This document shows, piece after piece, positions 50,788 to 62,736 of a stretch of 64,000 bases of DNA. The notes under the pieces were generated by a model. It ran no database searches, was not told the origin of the DNA, and saw only the letters and a list, made by a program, of their open reading frames with translations. Source of the stretch: Actinomycetes bacterium (GTDB lineage: Bacteria; Actinomycetota; Actinomycetes; Propionibacteriales; Propionibacteriaceae); assembly GCA_023393755.1 (NCBI GenBank), contig JAEXCA010000108.1, positions 9,198 through 73,197 on the forward strand, given 5' to 3'. Position 1 is the first letter of the stretch. Each line of letters starts with the position of its first letter. Position numbers and translations under genes: made by a program.

Positions 50788-50889
50788 GGCGGTCGCCGGT
50801 TCGGTCGGGGCGGACGGTAGCATCGGGATCAGCAGTTCCCGTCCCCGACGTGACTGTCCGCCCCCAACCGGCAAGGAAGGACCGAATCC

Positions 50890-52086
50890 GTGTCATCCCT
50901 CGATGAGCAGGGTCTCGACCTCTTCGATGAGACCGCGACAGCAGCCGGGAACTTCCCCCACGCGCTGCGCGGCTACGAGCGCAGTGCGGTGGACGCCTAC
51001 ATCCGGGAGCTGGAGGCGAAGCTCTCCCGCACCATGGCCGAGCTCCGCGAGACCCGGCACCAACTGGAGCTGATCGCCGCCACCACGGACACCACCGACT
51101 TCGCCAGGCTGGGCGGCCATACCCGCGGCCTGCTGACCGCGGCCGAGGCCCAGGCCGCCGAGATCATCGCGGTCGCGCAGACCGAGGCGGCGCGGATCCG
51201 GTCCGAGGCCGGCACCGACAGCAGCCGGCTCAGCACCGAGATCCAGCGGCTGCTGGACGAGAGCCGCACCGCCACCGCCGCCGAGCTGGATCAGCTCAGG
51301 ACCCTGCTGGGCGAGCAGACGGCCGCCGAACTCGAAGCGGCACGCGCCGACGCCGCCGCGCTGGTGGAGGCCACCGAACGGCAGCGGGAATGGTTGAGCC
51401 GGGAGGCCGAGACCCAGGCCCGCGCGATCGTGGACGCCGCGGCCGCCGAGGCCGAGCAGCGCCGGGCGGAGACCGAGCGGCTGGCCGCCGAGCAGGCCAC
51501 CGAACTGGCCCGCGCCAAGGAGGCAGCCCTGGCCGAGATCGCCGCCGGACGCCTCGCTGCCGCCGACCAGATCGCCGAGCTGCTGGACGCCAGCAAGCAG
51601 GAGGCCGCCGACCAGCGGGCCAGGCTCGAGGGCGACCTGCTGACCGCCGACCAACGCCGGGAAGCGGCCCGCGCCGAAGCCGCCGGGATCACCAGGGGCG
51701 CCGCCGAGCAGGCCCAGGTCACCCTGGAGAACGCCCGGCACGAGGCCGCCCGGATCCTCAGCGAGGCCAACGCCACCGCCGCCGAACGTGCCGAGGAACT
51801 GCGCCGGGAGGTGGCGACGCTGGATCTGCGCAAGCAGGCGATCGTCGATCAGCTCGCGCAACTCTCCACCCTGGCGGTCGACACCATCGACCAGAACTCC
51901 GTCGCTGCGCCCGCCGATCCGGTGCAGTCCGACACGCCTGCCGCCCCCGCCGAACCGGAGGAGCCGGTCGAAGCGGACGGGTCGCCGGACGCGGACGGCG
52001 CGGACGTGGCCGACGACCCGGACGCCGGAGCCGACCCGGCGTACCAGCCCGACGACGAAGCCGCCGAGGTCGCCGACCGCCCATGA
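50890..52086 (+). CDS. DivIVA domain-containing coiled-coil protein
   Basis: FPHALRGYERSAVDAYIRELE is followed by a long Ala/Glu/Arg coiled coil. GTG start. Confidence 0.8.
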   Translation: MSSLDEQGLDLFDETATAAGNFPHALRGYERSAVDAYIRELEAKLSRTMAELRETRHQLELIAATTDTTDFARLGGHTRGLLTAAEAQAAEIIAVAQTEAARIRSEAGTDSSRLSTEIQRLLDESRTATAAELDQLRTLLGEQTAAELEAARADAAALVEATERQREWLSREAETQARAIVDAAAAEAEQRRAETERLAAEQATELARAKEAALAEIAAGRLAAADQIAELLDASKQEAADQRARLEGDLLTADQRREAARAEAAGITRGAAEQAQVTLENARHEAARILSEANATAAERAEELRREVATLDLRKQAIVDQLAQLSTLAVDTIDQNSVAAPADPVQSDTPAAPAEPEEPVEADGSPDADGADVADDPDAGADPAYQPDDEAAEVADRP

Positions 52087-53321
52087 CCTCCGAACCCGGC
52101 GGCGCCGAGCGTCCGGTCAGCCCGCCACCGCAGCCGACCCCACCGCGTCCGGCCGGGACGCCCGCTCCGGCCTCCGCCCGGACGCCCAACGCTCCCGCCA
52201 CCCGCAACTGGCTGCTCCGCTGGCGCCGGACCACCCAGCCCACCCCGCCGGACTACTTCGAGGGCGCCGAGGGCCGCACCGAGCGGATCTCGCTGCTCCA
52301 CCGCAACCCGTTCTACATCGGCTTCTTCATCGCGGCCGGCGGGATCACCGCCTACGCCCTGCTGACCTCGCTGGCGCAGCTGCGGGACATCCTGGTGCTG
52401 GTCGTGCTCAGCTTCACCCTCGCGCTGGGGCTCAACCCGGTGGTGGAGTGGTTCCACAGCCGCGGCATCCGGCGCGGGCTGGCGGTGTTCATGGTCGCCC
52501 TCACCCTGCTGGCCTTCCTCGCCCTGGCCGGCTGGGCGATCGTCCCGGTGATCAGCGAACAGGTGCAACTCCTCTACAAGAACGCACCGGGCTATCTGAA
52601 CAACCTGCGCGAGAACCCGCAGATCGCGGAGTTCGACCGGCAGTTCGAGGTGATCGAACAGATCCAGGAGATCCTCAAGTCGCCGCAACTGATCGGCGGC
52701 GTCTTCGGCGGCCTCTGGGAAACCGGTCAGGCGGTGGCGAATGTGATCTTCTCCGTCACCATCTCGGTGGTGCTGACGCTCTACTTCCTCACCTCGCTGC
52801 CCACCATCAAGGAGGTCATCTACCACCTCGCCCCGGCCTCCCGCCGGGCTCGCACCCGCTATCTGGCCACCGAAGCCTTCAAGCGGGTGGGTGGCTTCGT
52901 CTCGGGCATGTTCCTGGTCGCCATGTTCTGGACCGCGATGTCGTTCATCCTGTTGAACCTGATCGGCCTGTCCCAGTTCGCGGTGGCGCTGGCCGTCGTG
53001 GTCGGCCTGCTGGCCTTCATCCCGCTGGTGGGAACCAGCATCGCCATCATCATCGTCGCGATCGTGGCCTTCTCCTTCGGCCAGACCACCGGGATCATCG
53101 TCGTCGTGGCCATGCTGGCCTACCAACAGTTCGACGCCTACTTCATCCAGCCCCGGATCTTCGCCCGCTCGGTGCAGGTGCCGGGTGTGCTGGTGATCCT
53201 GGCCGCGGTCTCCGGTGGCCTGCTGCTGGGCCTGGTGGGCGCCATCCTGGCGATCCCGACCATGGCCGCGCTGCTGCTGCTGTACCGGGAAGTGCTGATC
53301 CCCCACCTCGACCGGAACTAG
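52083..53321 (+). CDS. AI-2E family transporter (PerM-like) with Pro-rich N-terminal tail
   Basis: The ATG at 52083 overlaps the DivIVA stop (ATGA). It has a multi-TM core with FIPLVG. Confidence 0.85.
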   Translation: MTSEPGGAERPVSPPPQPTPPRPAGTPAPASARTPNAPATRNWLLRWRRTTQPTPPDYFEGAEGRTERISLLHRNPFYIGFFIAAGGITAYALLTSLAQLRDILVLVVLSFTLALGLNPVVEWFHSRGIRRGLAVFMVALTLLAFLALAGWAIVPVISEQVQLLYKNAPGYLNNLRENPQIAEFDRQFEVIEQIQEILKSPQLIGGVFGGLWETGQAVANVIFSVTISVVLTLYFLTSLPTIKEVIYHLAPASRRARTRYLATEAFKRVGGFVSGMFLVAMFWTAMSFILLNLIGLSQFAVALAVVVGLLAFIPLVGTSIAIIIVAIVAFSFGQTTGIIVVVAMLAYQQFDAYFIQPRIFARSVQVPGVLVILAAVSGGLLLGLVGAILAIPTMAALLLLYREVLIPHLDRN

Positions 53322-53345
53322 CGAACGCCCGCCGGTGTCCCCGCT

Positions 53346-53429
53346 GGCTGAGGTCGGCCCGCGGGACCGAGCCTCGAAGCCCCCGGCGACCCTTCGAGAC
53401 TCGCGCTTCGCGCGACCTCAGGGATCGGA
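53346..53429 (+). repeat. REP-like GC-rich palindromic repeat (copy c)
   Basis: The sequence ggctgaggtcggcccgcgggaccgagcctcgaagcccccggcgacccttcgagactcgcgcttcgcgcgacctcagggatcg lies between the convergent AI-2E transporter gene and nucS. Confidence 0.8.
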
Positions 53430-54140
53430 TCAGAACAGCCGGTCGTCGGCGTTGTCGAGCCCGCGCAACGCGTCGTAGTCCACCAGGACGCAGCCGATCC
53501 CGCGGGTCTCGGCGATCACCTTGGCCTGCGGTTTGATCAGCTGGGCGGCGAACACCCCGCGCACCGGACGCAGCAGCGGGTCGGCGTTCATCAGCTCCAG
53601 GTAGCGGGAGAGCTGCTCCACGCCGTCGATCTCGCCCCGGCGCTTCACCTCGACGGCCACGTAGGCCCCGGCCTGGTCGCGGAACAGCAGGTCCACCGGC
53701 CCGATCGGGGTCTGGTACTCCCGCTGCACCAGCAGCCAGCCCTCGCCGAAGGTGGCGGGGTTCTCGGCCAGTAGCGCCTGCAGATGGGCCTCCACCCCGT
53801 CCTTCACCAGGCCGGGGTCGACGCCGAGTTCGTGGTTGCTGTCATGGAGCACCTCGGCGATCGCGATCTGCAGGGTGTCCCCGCTGGTGTTGCGCACCTC
53901 CCAGACCTGGGTCAACCCGCTCTCCTGATCGGCGGTGACGGCCTCCAGGTCCTCCGGCGGGTCGCTCACGGTGATCGTGCAGGGGGCGCTCATCCAGTTC
54001 AGCGGCTTGTAGGCACGATCGTCGGCGTGGATCGACACCGATCCGTCCGCCTTCACCATGATCAGCCGAGGGGCCATCGGCAGATGGGCACTCAGCTTTC
54101 CGGCATAGTCGACCTGACAGCGGGCAATCAGCAAACGCAC
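53430..54140 (-). CDS. nucS: endonuclease NucS (EndoMS)
   Basis: GTG at 54140 ([16 protein letters not shown]). DLLFRD..AVEVKR nuclease motifs are present. Confidence 0.92.
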   Translation of the reverse strand: MRLLIARCQVDYAGKLSAHLPMAPRLIMVKADGSVSIHADDRAYKPLNWMSAPCTITVSDPPEDLEAVTADQESGLTQVWEVRNTSGDTLQIAIAEVLHDSNHELGVDPGLVKDGVEAHLQALLAENPATFGEGWLLVQREYQTPIGPVDLLFRDQAGAYVAVEVKRRGEIDGVEQLSRYLELMNADPLLRPVRGVFAAQLIKPQAKVIAETRGIGCVLVDYDALRGLDNADDRLF

Positions 54141-54181
54141 GCCGGACAAGTTACCCGATCCGGAGCCGTAACCTTGACCCC

Positions 54182-54457
54182 ATGCCCAAGCGTCCCTCCA
54201 AACACCTGCGTCCGGCCCGCCCGCTGAGCCAGGGCGGCTTCGCCCAGCTCGTCGCGAAGTCCGACGGCACCTGGATGGTGCAGACCATGCCGGCCGGCAG
54301 CGCCGGCAAGACCTACCTGTGCCCCGGCTGCGACCGGCAGATCGCGCTCGGCGCCGCCCAGGTCGTGGTGTGGCCGCGCGATCCGAGCATCGGCTCGCCC
54401 TCGGCGGTCGAGGAACGACGGCACTGGCACACCTCCTGCTGGCAGCGGAGGCGCTGA
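54182..54457 (+). CDS. conserved actinobacterial small protein with CPGC...H..C zinc-ribbon-like motif
   Basis: 91-aa ORF divergent from nucS. Its stop overlaps the next start (TGATG). Confidence 0.7.
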   Translation: MPKRPSKHLRPARPLSQGGFAQLVAKSDGTWMVQTMPAGSAGKTYLCPGCDRQIALGAAQVVVWPRDPSIGSPSAVEERRHWHTSCWQRRR

Positions 54458-55248
54458 TGCGCGGCCTGCACACCCAGCTGGTGGGCGACGGACGGCCCCG
54501 GTTCGCCTTCCTGCACGGACTGTTCGGACGCGGCCGCAACTGGTCGGGCATCGCCGCCTCCCTGGCCGAGCGTGGTCACGCCAGCGTGCTGTTCGACCTG
54601 CCGAACCACGGCGCCAGCGGCTGGACGGACGAGTTCAGCTACCAGCAGATGGCCGAGGCGGTGGCCGCCGAGCTCGAGCAGCGACTGGGCTCGGCCGCCC
54701 GGCTGATCCTGGTCGGCCACTCGATGGGCGGCAAGGTCGCCATGCTGCTGGCCCTGCGCCGCCCCGAACTCGTGGACGGCCTGGTGGCGATCGACATCGC
54801 CCCGGCCCGTTCCGAGGGGGTGGACGGGTTCCCGCGGCTGGTCGCCGCGATGGCGGCCGTCGAGTTGGATCGGCTGCGCGTCCGGGCCGACGCCGAGGCG
54901 GTGCTGGCCGAGCGCATCGCCGAGCCCGGCGTCCGCCAGTTCCTGCTGCAGAACCTCCGTTCCAGGCCGCGGTGGCACTGGCAGCCCAACCTCGGCCTGC
55001 TCAGCGCCAACCTGCCGGCCATCGCCGACTGGCCCGACCCGGGACCGGTCAGCTACCCCGGGCCGGTGCTGTGGCTGCGGGGTGAGCGCTCCGACTACGT
55101 CCGCGACGAGCACCTGCCCGCGATGCGGGAACTCTTCCCAGCGGTGGAGCTGCAGACCGTGCCCGGAGCCGGGCACTGGGTGCAGGCGGACAACCCGGAA
55201 GCCGTGGTGGCCGCCCTGGAGCAGCTGGCCGGCGCCATCGGAGGTTGA
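54457..55248 (+). CDS. alpha/beta hydrolase
   Basis: ATG at 54457 ([12 protein letters not shown]). HGLFG, GHSMGG and GAGHW are present. Confidence 0.88.
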   Translation: MRGLHTQLVGDGRPRFAFLHGLFGRGRNWSGIAASLAERGHASVLFDLPNHGASGWTDEFSYQQMAEAVAAELEQRLGSAARLILVGHSMGGKVAMLLALRRPELVDGLVAIDIAPARSEGVDGFPRLVAAMAAVELDRLRVRADAEAVLAERIAEPGVRQFLLQNLRSRPRWHWQPNLGLLSANLPAIADWPDPGPVSYPGPVLWLRGERSDYVRDEHLPAMRELFPAVELQTVPGAGHWVQADNPEAVVAALEQLAGAIGG

Positions 55249-55512
55249 GGTCGGCCGGGTCCCGAAGCCTCCCGACCCTTCGAGACTCGCGCTTCGCGCG
55301 ACCACAGGGATCGCTCGGCGGATGGTTCGGCGCTTCGCGCGACCTCAGGGATCGCTCGGCGGATGGTTCGGCGCTTCGCACGACCTCAGGGATCGCTCGG
55401 CGGATGGTTCGGCGCTTCGCACGACCTCCGTTCCTCGGCCCGCCAGCGCGGCCCTGGTCAGGACCTCACTTCCCGCCGCCACGAGCGGCGTGGCGGTCGT
55501 CCTCCGGGATCG
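55243..55512 (+). repeat. composite repeat nest: REP-like copy d, 3.4 tandem copies of a 41-bp unit (55289-55428), and an 83-bp element (55430-55512) shared with the trpB/trpA junction
   Basis: The unit gcgcttcgc[g/a]cgacc[a/t]cagggatcgctcggcggatggttcg starts at 55289, 55330 and 55371, with a partial copy at 55412. The nest fills the gap between the convergent hydrolase and PPIase genes. Confidence 0.85.
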
Positions 55513-55533
55513 CTCCGAGGGTTGTCCAGCGGA

Positions 55534-56220
55534 CTAGCCGACGGTGACCTTCTCGATCTCCGCGGGCAGCAGCGGCTTCCCGCCACCCACCTGGCCGAAG
55601 GAGCCGTCGTTCCCGCCGGCGGCGATGTCGGCGGCCAGATCGATCCCGGCCTGATCGATGCTGCCGAAGACGGTGTACTGCGGCGGCAACGGGGTGTCGG
55701 CGAAGACGATGAAGAACTGGGAGCCGCCCGAGTTGGGCTGCCCGGTGTTGGCCATCGCCAGAGCACCCGCCGGGTAGCCGGTGATGCCCTCGAACTCGTC
55801 CGGGATGGTGTAGCCGGGGCCACCCGAACCGCTGGCACTCGGGTCGCCGCACTGCAGCACGAAGATGCCCTCGTCCACCACCCGGTGGCAGGTGGTGGCG
55901 TCGAAGTAGCCCTGCTGTGCCAGCGAGACGAAGGAGTTCACCGTGCAGGGTGCCGCCGAGCGATCCAGCGTGATCGCCACCGGCTGGCCGTTCAGCGTCA
56001 TGGTCGCCTCGGCGGTGCCGGTCGCCGGGACGTCCGCGCCGTTGGGCGGCTGGACCTCGCGGGCGGCCGGACCACCGGCCGGGTACTCACACGACACCGT
56101 GCCGGCGGCCGGTGCCTGGCCGGGGCTGGACGGGGCCGGGGGCTCGGCGGCGACCGGGGAGGTGCAGCCGGCCAGCAGGACGGCGGGCACGGCAAGAACG
56201 ACGAGGAGGATTCGATTCAC
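55534..56220 (-). CDS. cyclophilin-type peptidyl-prolyl isomerase, lipoprotein
   Basis: The GTG at 56220 gives VNRILLVVLAVPAVLLAGC. CHRVV..FVLQCGDP and SQFFIVF are present. Confidence 0.88.
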   Translation of the reverse strand: MNRILLVVLAVPAVLLAGCTSPVAAEPPAPSSPGQAPAAGTVSCEYPAGGPAAREVQPPNGADVPATGTAEATMTLNGQPVAITLDRSAAPCTVNSFVSLAQQGYFDATTCHRVVDEGIFVLQCGDPSASGSGGPGYTIPDEFEGITGYPAGALAMANTGQPNSGGSQFFIVFADTPLPPQYTVFGSIDQAGIDLAADIAAGGNDGSFGQVGGGKPLLPAEIEKVTVG

Positions 56221-56293
56221 GACTCCACCCTGCCAGATCACTCAAACCGACGGGCCGTTTGACACCCCTGTCCGGCTGGTGTTGATTGCTGAC

Positions 56294-56992
56294 ATGGTCA
56301 ACCTCACCAGGATCTACACCCGCACCGGCGACGCCGGCATGACCCGGCTCTCCGACATGTCGGAGGCGGCCAAGACCGACCGGCGGGTCGAGGCCTACGG
56401 CGCGGTGGACGAGGCGAACTCCATCCTCGGGATGGTGGTCACCCAGCCCGACCTGCCAGACGACGTCCGGGTCGTGCTGCGGCACATCCAGAACGAGCTG
56501 TTCGACGCCGGGGCCGATCTCTCCTTCCCGCTGGTGACCGACCCCCCCTACGAACCGCTGCGGATCGTCCAGCCGTGCGTCGACCGGCTGGAGGGCTGGT
56601 GCGACGCCTTCGGCGACCCGCTGCCCGCGCTGCGCTCCTTCATCCTGCCCGGCGGCAGCTTCACCGCCGCGCTGCTGCACCAGGCCCGGTCGGTGGTCCG
56701 CCGTGCCGAGCGCGAGGCGTGGCGGGCGGCCGAGCAATACGGCACCGAGCCCGCCGAGGGCAACGCGCCGGGTGGCGTCAACCCGCTGGCGATCACCTAC
56801 CTCAACCGGCTCTCGGACCTGCTGTTCATCCTCGCCCGGGTGGTCGGCCAGGCGGCCGGCGACGTGCTGTGGGTGCCGGGTGGCGACCGGACCCCGACCG
56901 ATCCCAAGGGGATCAGGCAGCGCCGGCGACTGGTCAGCCCACCGGGCGGATCTGGTGCCCCTGCCCCGGCGGAGCCGCCTCCAGCCAGCTGA
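56294..56992 (+). CDS. PduO-type ATP:cob(I)alamin adenosyltransferase
   Basis: ATG at 56294 (MVNLTRIYTRTGDAGMT). FILPGG and LNRLSDLLF are present. The ~30-aa C-terminal tail overlaps the convergent DUF2550 gene. Confidence 0.88.
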   Translation: MVNLTRIYTRTGDAGMTRLSDMSEAAKTDRRVEAYGAVDEANSILGMVVTQPDLPDDVRVVLRHIQNELFDAGADLSFPLVTDPPYEPLRIVQPCVDRLEGWCDAFGDPLPALRSFILPGGSFTAALLHQARSVVRRAEREAWRAAEQYGTEPAEGNAPGGVNPLAITYLNRLSDLLFILARVVGQAAGDVLWVPGGDRTPTDPKGIRQRRRLVSPPGGSGAPAPAEPPPAS

Positions 56993-57389
56993 GCAGGGCG
57001 GTGATCGCCTCCGGGGTCATCGAGGCCTCCCAACTGCCTCCGGAGTCCAGCTTGAGCTGGATCACCCGCTGGTCCTCCAGCAGCAACAGGGCCTCGATCT
57101 CGTCCGGTGGACGCTGCCGACCCACCGTGGTCTGGCCGCGCGGAAAGACCAGCCGGGGCCGCAGCGACGGGGAGAAGGAGCGGAACCACTCCAGGCAACC
57201 ATGCCGATAACGTGCGACTCCGAGCACCCAACCGGTACCCGGAGTCCTCGTCTTCAGCCGCACACTACAGTCGAACAGCGCACCCCCGCGGGAGAGCCAC
57301 CGGCGGCGGGCGATCAGCCAGGCGATCGGCAGCAGCACCACGGCAGCGATGACCAGCGCGATGACTTCGGTCACCGCCAGCCAGTCCAT
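56934..57389 (-). CDS. DUF2550 domain-containing membrane protein (conserved downstream of atpC)
   Basis: 151-aa ORF with an N-terminal TM and a conserved position after atpC. Confidence 0.8.
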   Translation of the reverse strand: MDWLAVTEVIALVIAAVVLLPIAWLIARRRWLSRGGALFDCSVRLKTRTPGTGWVLGVARYRHGCLEWFRSFSPSLRPRLVFPRGQTTVGRQRPPDEIEALLLLEDQRVIQLKLDSGGSWEASMTPEAITALLSWLEAAPPGQGHQIRPVG

Positions 57390-57407
57390 CTCTGCCCTCC
57401 CGCGGTC

Positions 57408-57818
57408 TCAGGCGTGTTCGCGAGCCAGCCGGGCGGCCTTCACCTGCGCCTCGGCGCGGCGGAAGTGCTGCATCGTCTCCTCGTCGGTCTCGCCCTCGTT
57501 CAACCGCTTCTCGGCCGCGGCCAGCTCGTGCGCGGCCGCGGCCAGGTCGATCTCCCGGGCCACCCTGGCGAACTGGCTGAGCAGCGAGACCCGGTTGTCG
57601 GCCACGGAAAGGAAGCCGCCGTCCAGAGCGACGATCTCCCGCCGGCCGTCGACCGTCAGCACCTCGGCCGCACAGGGCACCAGGCCGGCCAGGAAGGGCT
57701 CGTGGTCGGCCAGGATGCCGATGTCCCCCTCGGTGGTGCGGGCGATCACGCTGATCGCCTCACCCTCCCAGGCGATCCCGGTGGCCGAGACCACCTCGAC
57801 CGTCAACGGACCCGGCAT
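57408..57818 (-). CDS. atpC: F0F1 ATP synthase subunit epsilon
   Basis: 136-aa ORF in atp operon order. Confidence 0.92.
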   Translation of the reverse strand: MPGPLTVEVVSATGIAWEGEAISVIARTTEGDIGILADHEPFLAGLVPCAAEVLTVDGRREIVALDGGFLSVADNRVSLLSQFARVAREIDLAAAAHELAAAEKRLNEGETDEETMQHFRRAEAQVKAARLAREHA

Positions 57819-57819
57819 C

Positions 57820-59283
<1,464 letters not shown>

Positions 59284-60183
59284 CTATTCCTGTTCGGCCA
59301 GCGCGCTGGCGCCGCCGACGATTTCGCTGATTTCCTGGGTGATCTCGGCCTGCCGCGCCTGGTTGGCCTCGCGGGTGAGCCGTTCGATGAGCTGCTGGGC
59401 GTTGTCGGTGGCCGACTTCATCGCCCGCTGCTGGCTGGCCAACTGCGAGGCGGCCGACTGCAGCAGGTAGAACCAGATCCGGCTGCGCAGGTAGAGCGGC
59501 AGCAGCCCGTCCAGCACGGTCTCGGGGTCGGGCTCGAACCAGTACTCCGGCACCAGTTCGGACTCGGTGGGCTCGTGCACCCCCTCGACCACTTCCAGCG
59601 GCAGCACCCGCCGCACCCGGGCGGTCTGGGAGATCATGGAGTCCATCCGGGTGTAGACCGCCCAGATCTCGTCCACCCCGCCCTCCTCGGTGGGCCGGAG
59701 GAAGTCCTCGACCAGCCGGTCGGCGATCTCCACCGCGTTGGCGTAGCTGGGCGAGTCGGAGAACCCCTCCCAGCTGGCCTCGATCGGCAGCCCACGGAAC
59801 TGGACGTAGCCGATGCCCTTGCGGCCGGCGATGTAGCGGACCGGCTCCTTGCCCTCCTCGGTGAGGCGCTGGACGAAGCTCGCCACCGCCTTGATCACGT
59901 TCGAGGAGTAGGCGCCGTTCATGCCGCGGTCGGAGGTGATGAAGAAGATCGCGATCCGCTTCGGGTTCACGCTGTCGGAGGTGAGCGGGTGGTCGGCGTG
60001 GGAGTACGCCGCCACCGCCGACACCGCGCGGTTCAGCTCGCGGGTGAACGGCAGTGCCCGGGCGGCCGCCTGCTGCGCCTTGATGATCCGCGACGAGGCG
60101 ACCAGTTCCATCGCCCGGGTGATCTTCTTGGTCGCCATCACCGACTGTCGTCGCCGGCGCAGCTCGCGCAGACTGGCTCCCAT
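59284..60183 (-). CDS. atpG: F0F1 ATP synthase subunit gamma
   Basis: Starts MGASLRELRRRRQSVMATKKITRAMELVA. Operon order agrees. Confidence 0.95.
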   Translation of the reverse strand: MGASLRELRRRRQSVMATKKITRAMELVASSRIIKAQQAAARALPFTRELNRAVSAVAAYSHADHPLTSDSVNPKRIAIFFITSDRGMNGAYSSNVIKAVASFVQRLTEEGKEPVRYIAGRKGIGYVQFRGLPIEASWEGFSDSPSYANAVEIADRLVEDFLRPTEEGGVDEIWAVYTRMDSMISQTARVRRVLPLEVVEGVHEPTESELVPEYWFEPDPETVLDGLLPLYLRSRIWFYLLQSAASQLASQQRAMKSATDNAQQLIERLTREANQARQAEITQEISEIVGGASALAEQE

Positions 60184-60186
60184 CGA

Positions 60187-61830
60187 TCAGGACCTCTTCT
60201 TCGACACGACGATCTGCTCGGCCTCCAGGTCGGCCGCCTCGATCGCCTCGGCCGCCTGCTCGCCGCTGACCAGCGGCTTGCCCTCGCCGGTGATGAAGCC
60301 CAGCTTGAAGGCGTCGATCACGTCGCCGGTGGCCTTGGCCAGGTCGTCGTCCCAGGCGCCGGTCTCGGCGATGGTGGTGAGCAGGTGGGTGTGGTGCCGC
60401 AGGTGGTCGAGCAACTCGGTCTCGAACCGGAGTACGTCGGCAACCGGCACATCGTCGAGGTAGCCGTTGGTACCGGCCCACACCATGACGACCTGGTCGG
60501 CCACGTCGTAGGGCGCGTACTGCGGCTGACGGAGCAGCTCGACCAGCCGCTGGCCGCGGTCCAACTGACGCCGGGAGGCGGCATCGAGGTCGGAGGCGAA
60601 CATGGCGAAGGCCTGCATGTCGCGGTACTGCGCCAGACCGATCTTCAGCGTGCCGGAGACCTTCTTCATCGCCTTGACCTGGGCGTCGCCGCCCACCCGG
60701 GAGACCGAGATGCCGACGTCGATCGCCGGACGCTGGTTGGCGTTGAACAGGTCGGACTGCAGGAAGATCTGGCCGTCGGTGATCGAGATCACGTTGGTCG
60801 GGATGTAGGCCGAGACGTCGTTGGCCTTGGTCTCGATGATCGGCAGGCCGGTCATCGAACCGCCGCCGAGCTCGTCCGACAGCTTGGCACAGCGCTCGAG
60901 CAGGCGGGAGTGCAGGTAGAAGACGTCGCCGGGGTACGCCTCACGGCCCGGCGGACGACGCAGCAGCAGCGACATCGCCCGGTAGGCCTCGGCCTGCTTG
61001 GTCAGGTCGTCGAAGATGATCAGGACGTGCTTGCCGGCGTACATCCAGTGCTGGCCGATCGCCGAACCGGTGTAGGGGGCGATGTACTTGTAGCCGGCCG
61101 GATCGGACGCCGGGGCGTGGACGATGGTGGTGTACTCCATCGCGCCGGCCTCCTCCAGCGTGGTCCGCAGCGCCGCGATGGTGGAGCCCTTCTGGCCGAT
61201 CGCCACGTAGATGCAGCGCACCTGCTTGGTCGGATCGCCGCTGGCCCAGTTCGACTTCTGGTTGATGATGGTGTCGACCGCGATCGCCGTCTTGCCGGTC
61301 TTGCGGTCGCCGATGATCAACTGCCGCTGGCCACGGCCGATCGGGGTCATCGCGTCGATCGCCTTGATGCCGGTCTGCAGCGGTTCCTTCACGCTCTGCC
61401 GGTCCATCACGCCGGCCGCCTGGAGCTCCAGCGCGCGTCGTCCCTGGAGATCCTTGATCTCGCCCAGCCCGTCGATCGGCTCGCCCATCGCGTTCACCAC
61501 CCGGCCCAGGTAGCCGTCGCCGACCGGCACCGACAGCACCTCGCCGGTCCGCTTGACCGTCGAGCCCTCCTCGATGCCCTCGGAGTCGCCCAGCACCACG
61601 ACGCCGATCTCGCGGACGTCCAGGTTCAGCGCGATGCCCTGGGTGCCGTTGGCGAACTCCAGCAGCTCGTTGGCCATGGCCGAGGGCAGTCCCTCGACCC
61701 GGGCGATGCCGTCGCCGGAGGTGGCCACGGTGCCCACCTCGTCCCGGCTGGCGGTCTCGGGACTGAAGTTGGACACGAAACGATCCAGCGCGTCCCGGAT
61801 CTCCTCGGGACGAATCGTCAGCTCCGCCAT
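60187..61830 (-). CDS. atpA: F0F1 ATP synthase subunit alpha
   Basis: ATG at 61830 ([11 protein letters not shown]). Walker A GDRKTGKT is present. Confidence 0.96.
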   Translation of the reverse strand: MAELTIRPEEIRDALDRFVSNFSPETASRDEVGTVATSGDGIARVEGLPSAMANELLEFANGTQGIALNLDVREIGVVVLGDSEGIEEGSTVKRTGEVLSVPVGDGYLGRVVNAMGEPIDGLGEIKDLQGRRALELQAAGVMDRQSVKEPLQTGIKAIDAMTPIGRGQRQLIIGDRKTGKTAIAVDTIINQKSNWASGDPTKQVRCIYVAIGQKGSTIAALRTTLEEAGAMEYTTIVHAPASDPAGYKYIAPYTGSAIGQHWMYAGKHVLIIFDDLTKQAEAYRAMSLLLRRPPGREAYPGDVFYLHSRLLERCAKLSDELGGGSMTGLPIIETKANDVSAYIPTNVISITDGQIFLQSDLFNANQRPAIDVGISVSRVGGDAQVKAMKKVSGTLKIGLAQYRDMQAFAMFASDLDAASRRQLDRGQRLVELLRQPQYAPYDVADQVVMVWAGTNGYLDDVPVADVLRFETELLDHLRHHTHLLTTIAETGAWDDDLAKATGDVIDAFKLGFITGEGKPLVSGEQAAEAIEAADLEAEQIVVSKKRS

Positions 61831-61880
61831 CTGCGCACCCTGTTCTCTCGTTGTCGTTTGCACGGCCCTGGGGCCGGCGG

Positions 61881-62675
61881 TCAGTTGAGTTCTCGTTCGG
61901 CGGCCTGCAGCCGCCCGGCCACCGTGCCTTCGATGACCTCGTCGCCCAGCTTCACCCGGACGCCGCCGAGCACGGCAGGATCCACGCTCACCTGCAGGCT
62001 GACCTCGCGGCCCACCTGCCTGGACAGCGCGGTTCGCAGCCGGTCGGCCTGGGTGGCCGTGAGCGGACGCGCCACGGTCACCTCCGCGATCGCCCGGCGC
62101 CGCTGTTCGGCGGCCAGCCTGAGATAGGCCTCGAGGGTCAGCTCGAAGGTTCGTTCGGTGGCCCGCACGGCCCGCTGGGCGAGTGCGACGGTGATCGCCG
62201 ACGCCTTCCTGGCGAGCAGTTCGGCGATGACCTGCTGGCGGCCGGCGAGGTTCGCCGCGCGATCCTCCAAGGTGGCCCGCAGGTCACGGTCGGCCGCCAC
62301 GATCCGGGAGAAGCGGAACAACTCCTCCTCCACCTGATCCAGCTGGCCGGCCGCCTGGGCGCTGCGCAGCAACGTCCGGACGCCCTGCCGCTCCAGCGCG
62401 CCGACCAGGGCACCGGAGGTCGCCCACCGCAGCCCGGCCGCGGCCTGCACCACGGCCAGCGCCGCGGCTGAGACCTGCCCGGCCAGGACGCCGGCAGCGA
62501 GCTGCTGGCGGGCCTCCTCCGGTGCGGTCAGGTCGGAGAGCGCGTTGCGCAGGGTCGGCTGGGATTCCAGCAGGCCCACCACCGCGAACAGCTCGTCGGC
62601 CAGCACCTGGCTCGGCTCCTGGGCGTCCAGGATCCGGTCCAGCTGGGCCTGGCGGGCCTGCGTGGCGGCGCTCAT
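61881..62675 (-). CDS. atpH: F0F1 ATP synthase subunit delta
   Basis: ATG at 62675 ([13 protein letters not shown]). The OSCP-like C-terminus is [22 protein letters not shown]. Confidence 0.9.
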   Translation of the reverse strand: MSAATQARQAQLDRILDAQEPSQVLADELFAVVGLLESQPTLRNALSDLTAPEEARQQLAAGVLAGQVSAAALAVVQAAAGLRWATSGALVGALERQGVRTLLRSAQAAGQLDQVEEELFRFSRIVAADRDLRATLEDRAANLAGRQQVIAELLARKASAITVALAQRAVRATERTFELTLEAYLRLAAEQRRRAIAEVTVARPLTATQADRLRTALSRQVGREVSLQVSVDPAVLGGVRVKLGDEVIEGTVAGRLQAAERELN

Positions 62676-62736
62676 TCGGGGCCCCCGCGGAGTTGTTCGG
62701 GGGAGCGCAGCGGAGGAGAAGAACTCCGTGGGGTGG
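62676..62736 (-). promoter_or_regulatory. intercistronic hairpin element, copy 2 (between atpF stop and atpH start)
   Basis: Near-identical to 3078-3135. The stem is CCCCACGGAGTT/AACTCCGCGGGG with one mismatch, and the loop sequence is the same. Confidence 0.6.

Noticed and set aside
55289-55428. Possible CRISPR array
   Set aside because: The 41-bp units are directly abutting with no spacers and no cas genes nearby. It is a simple tandem repeat.
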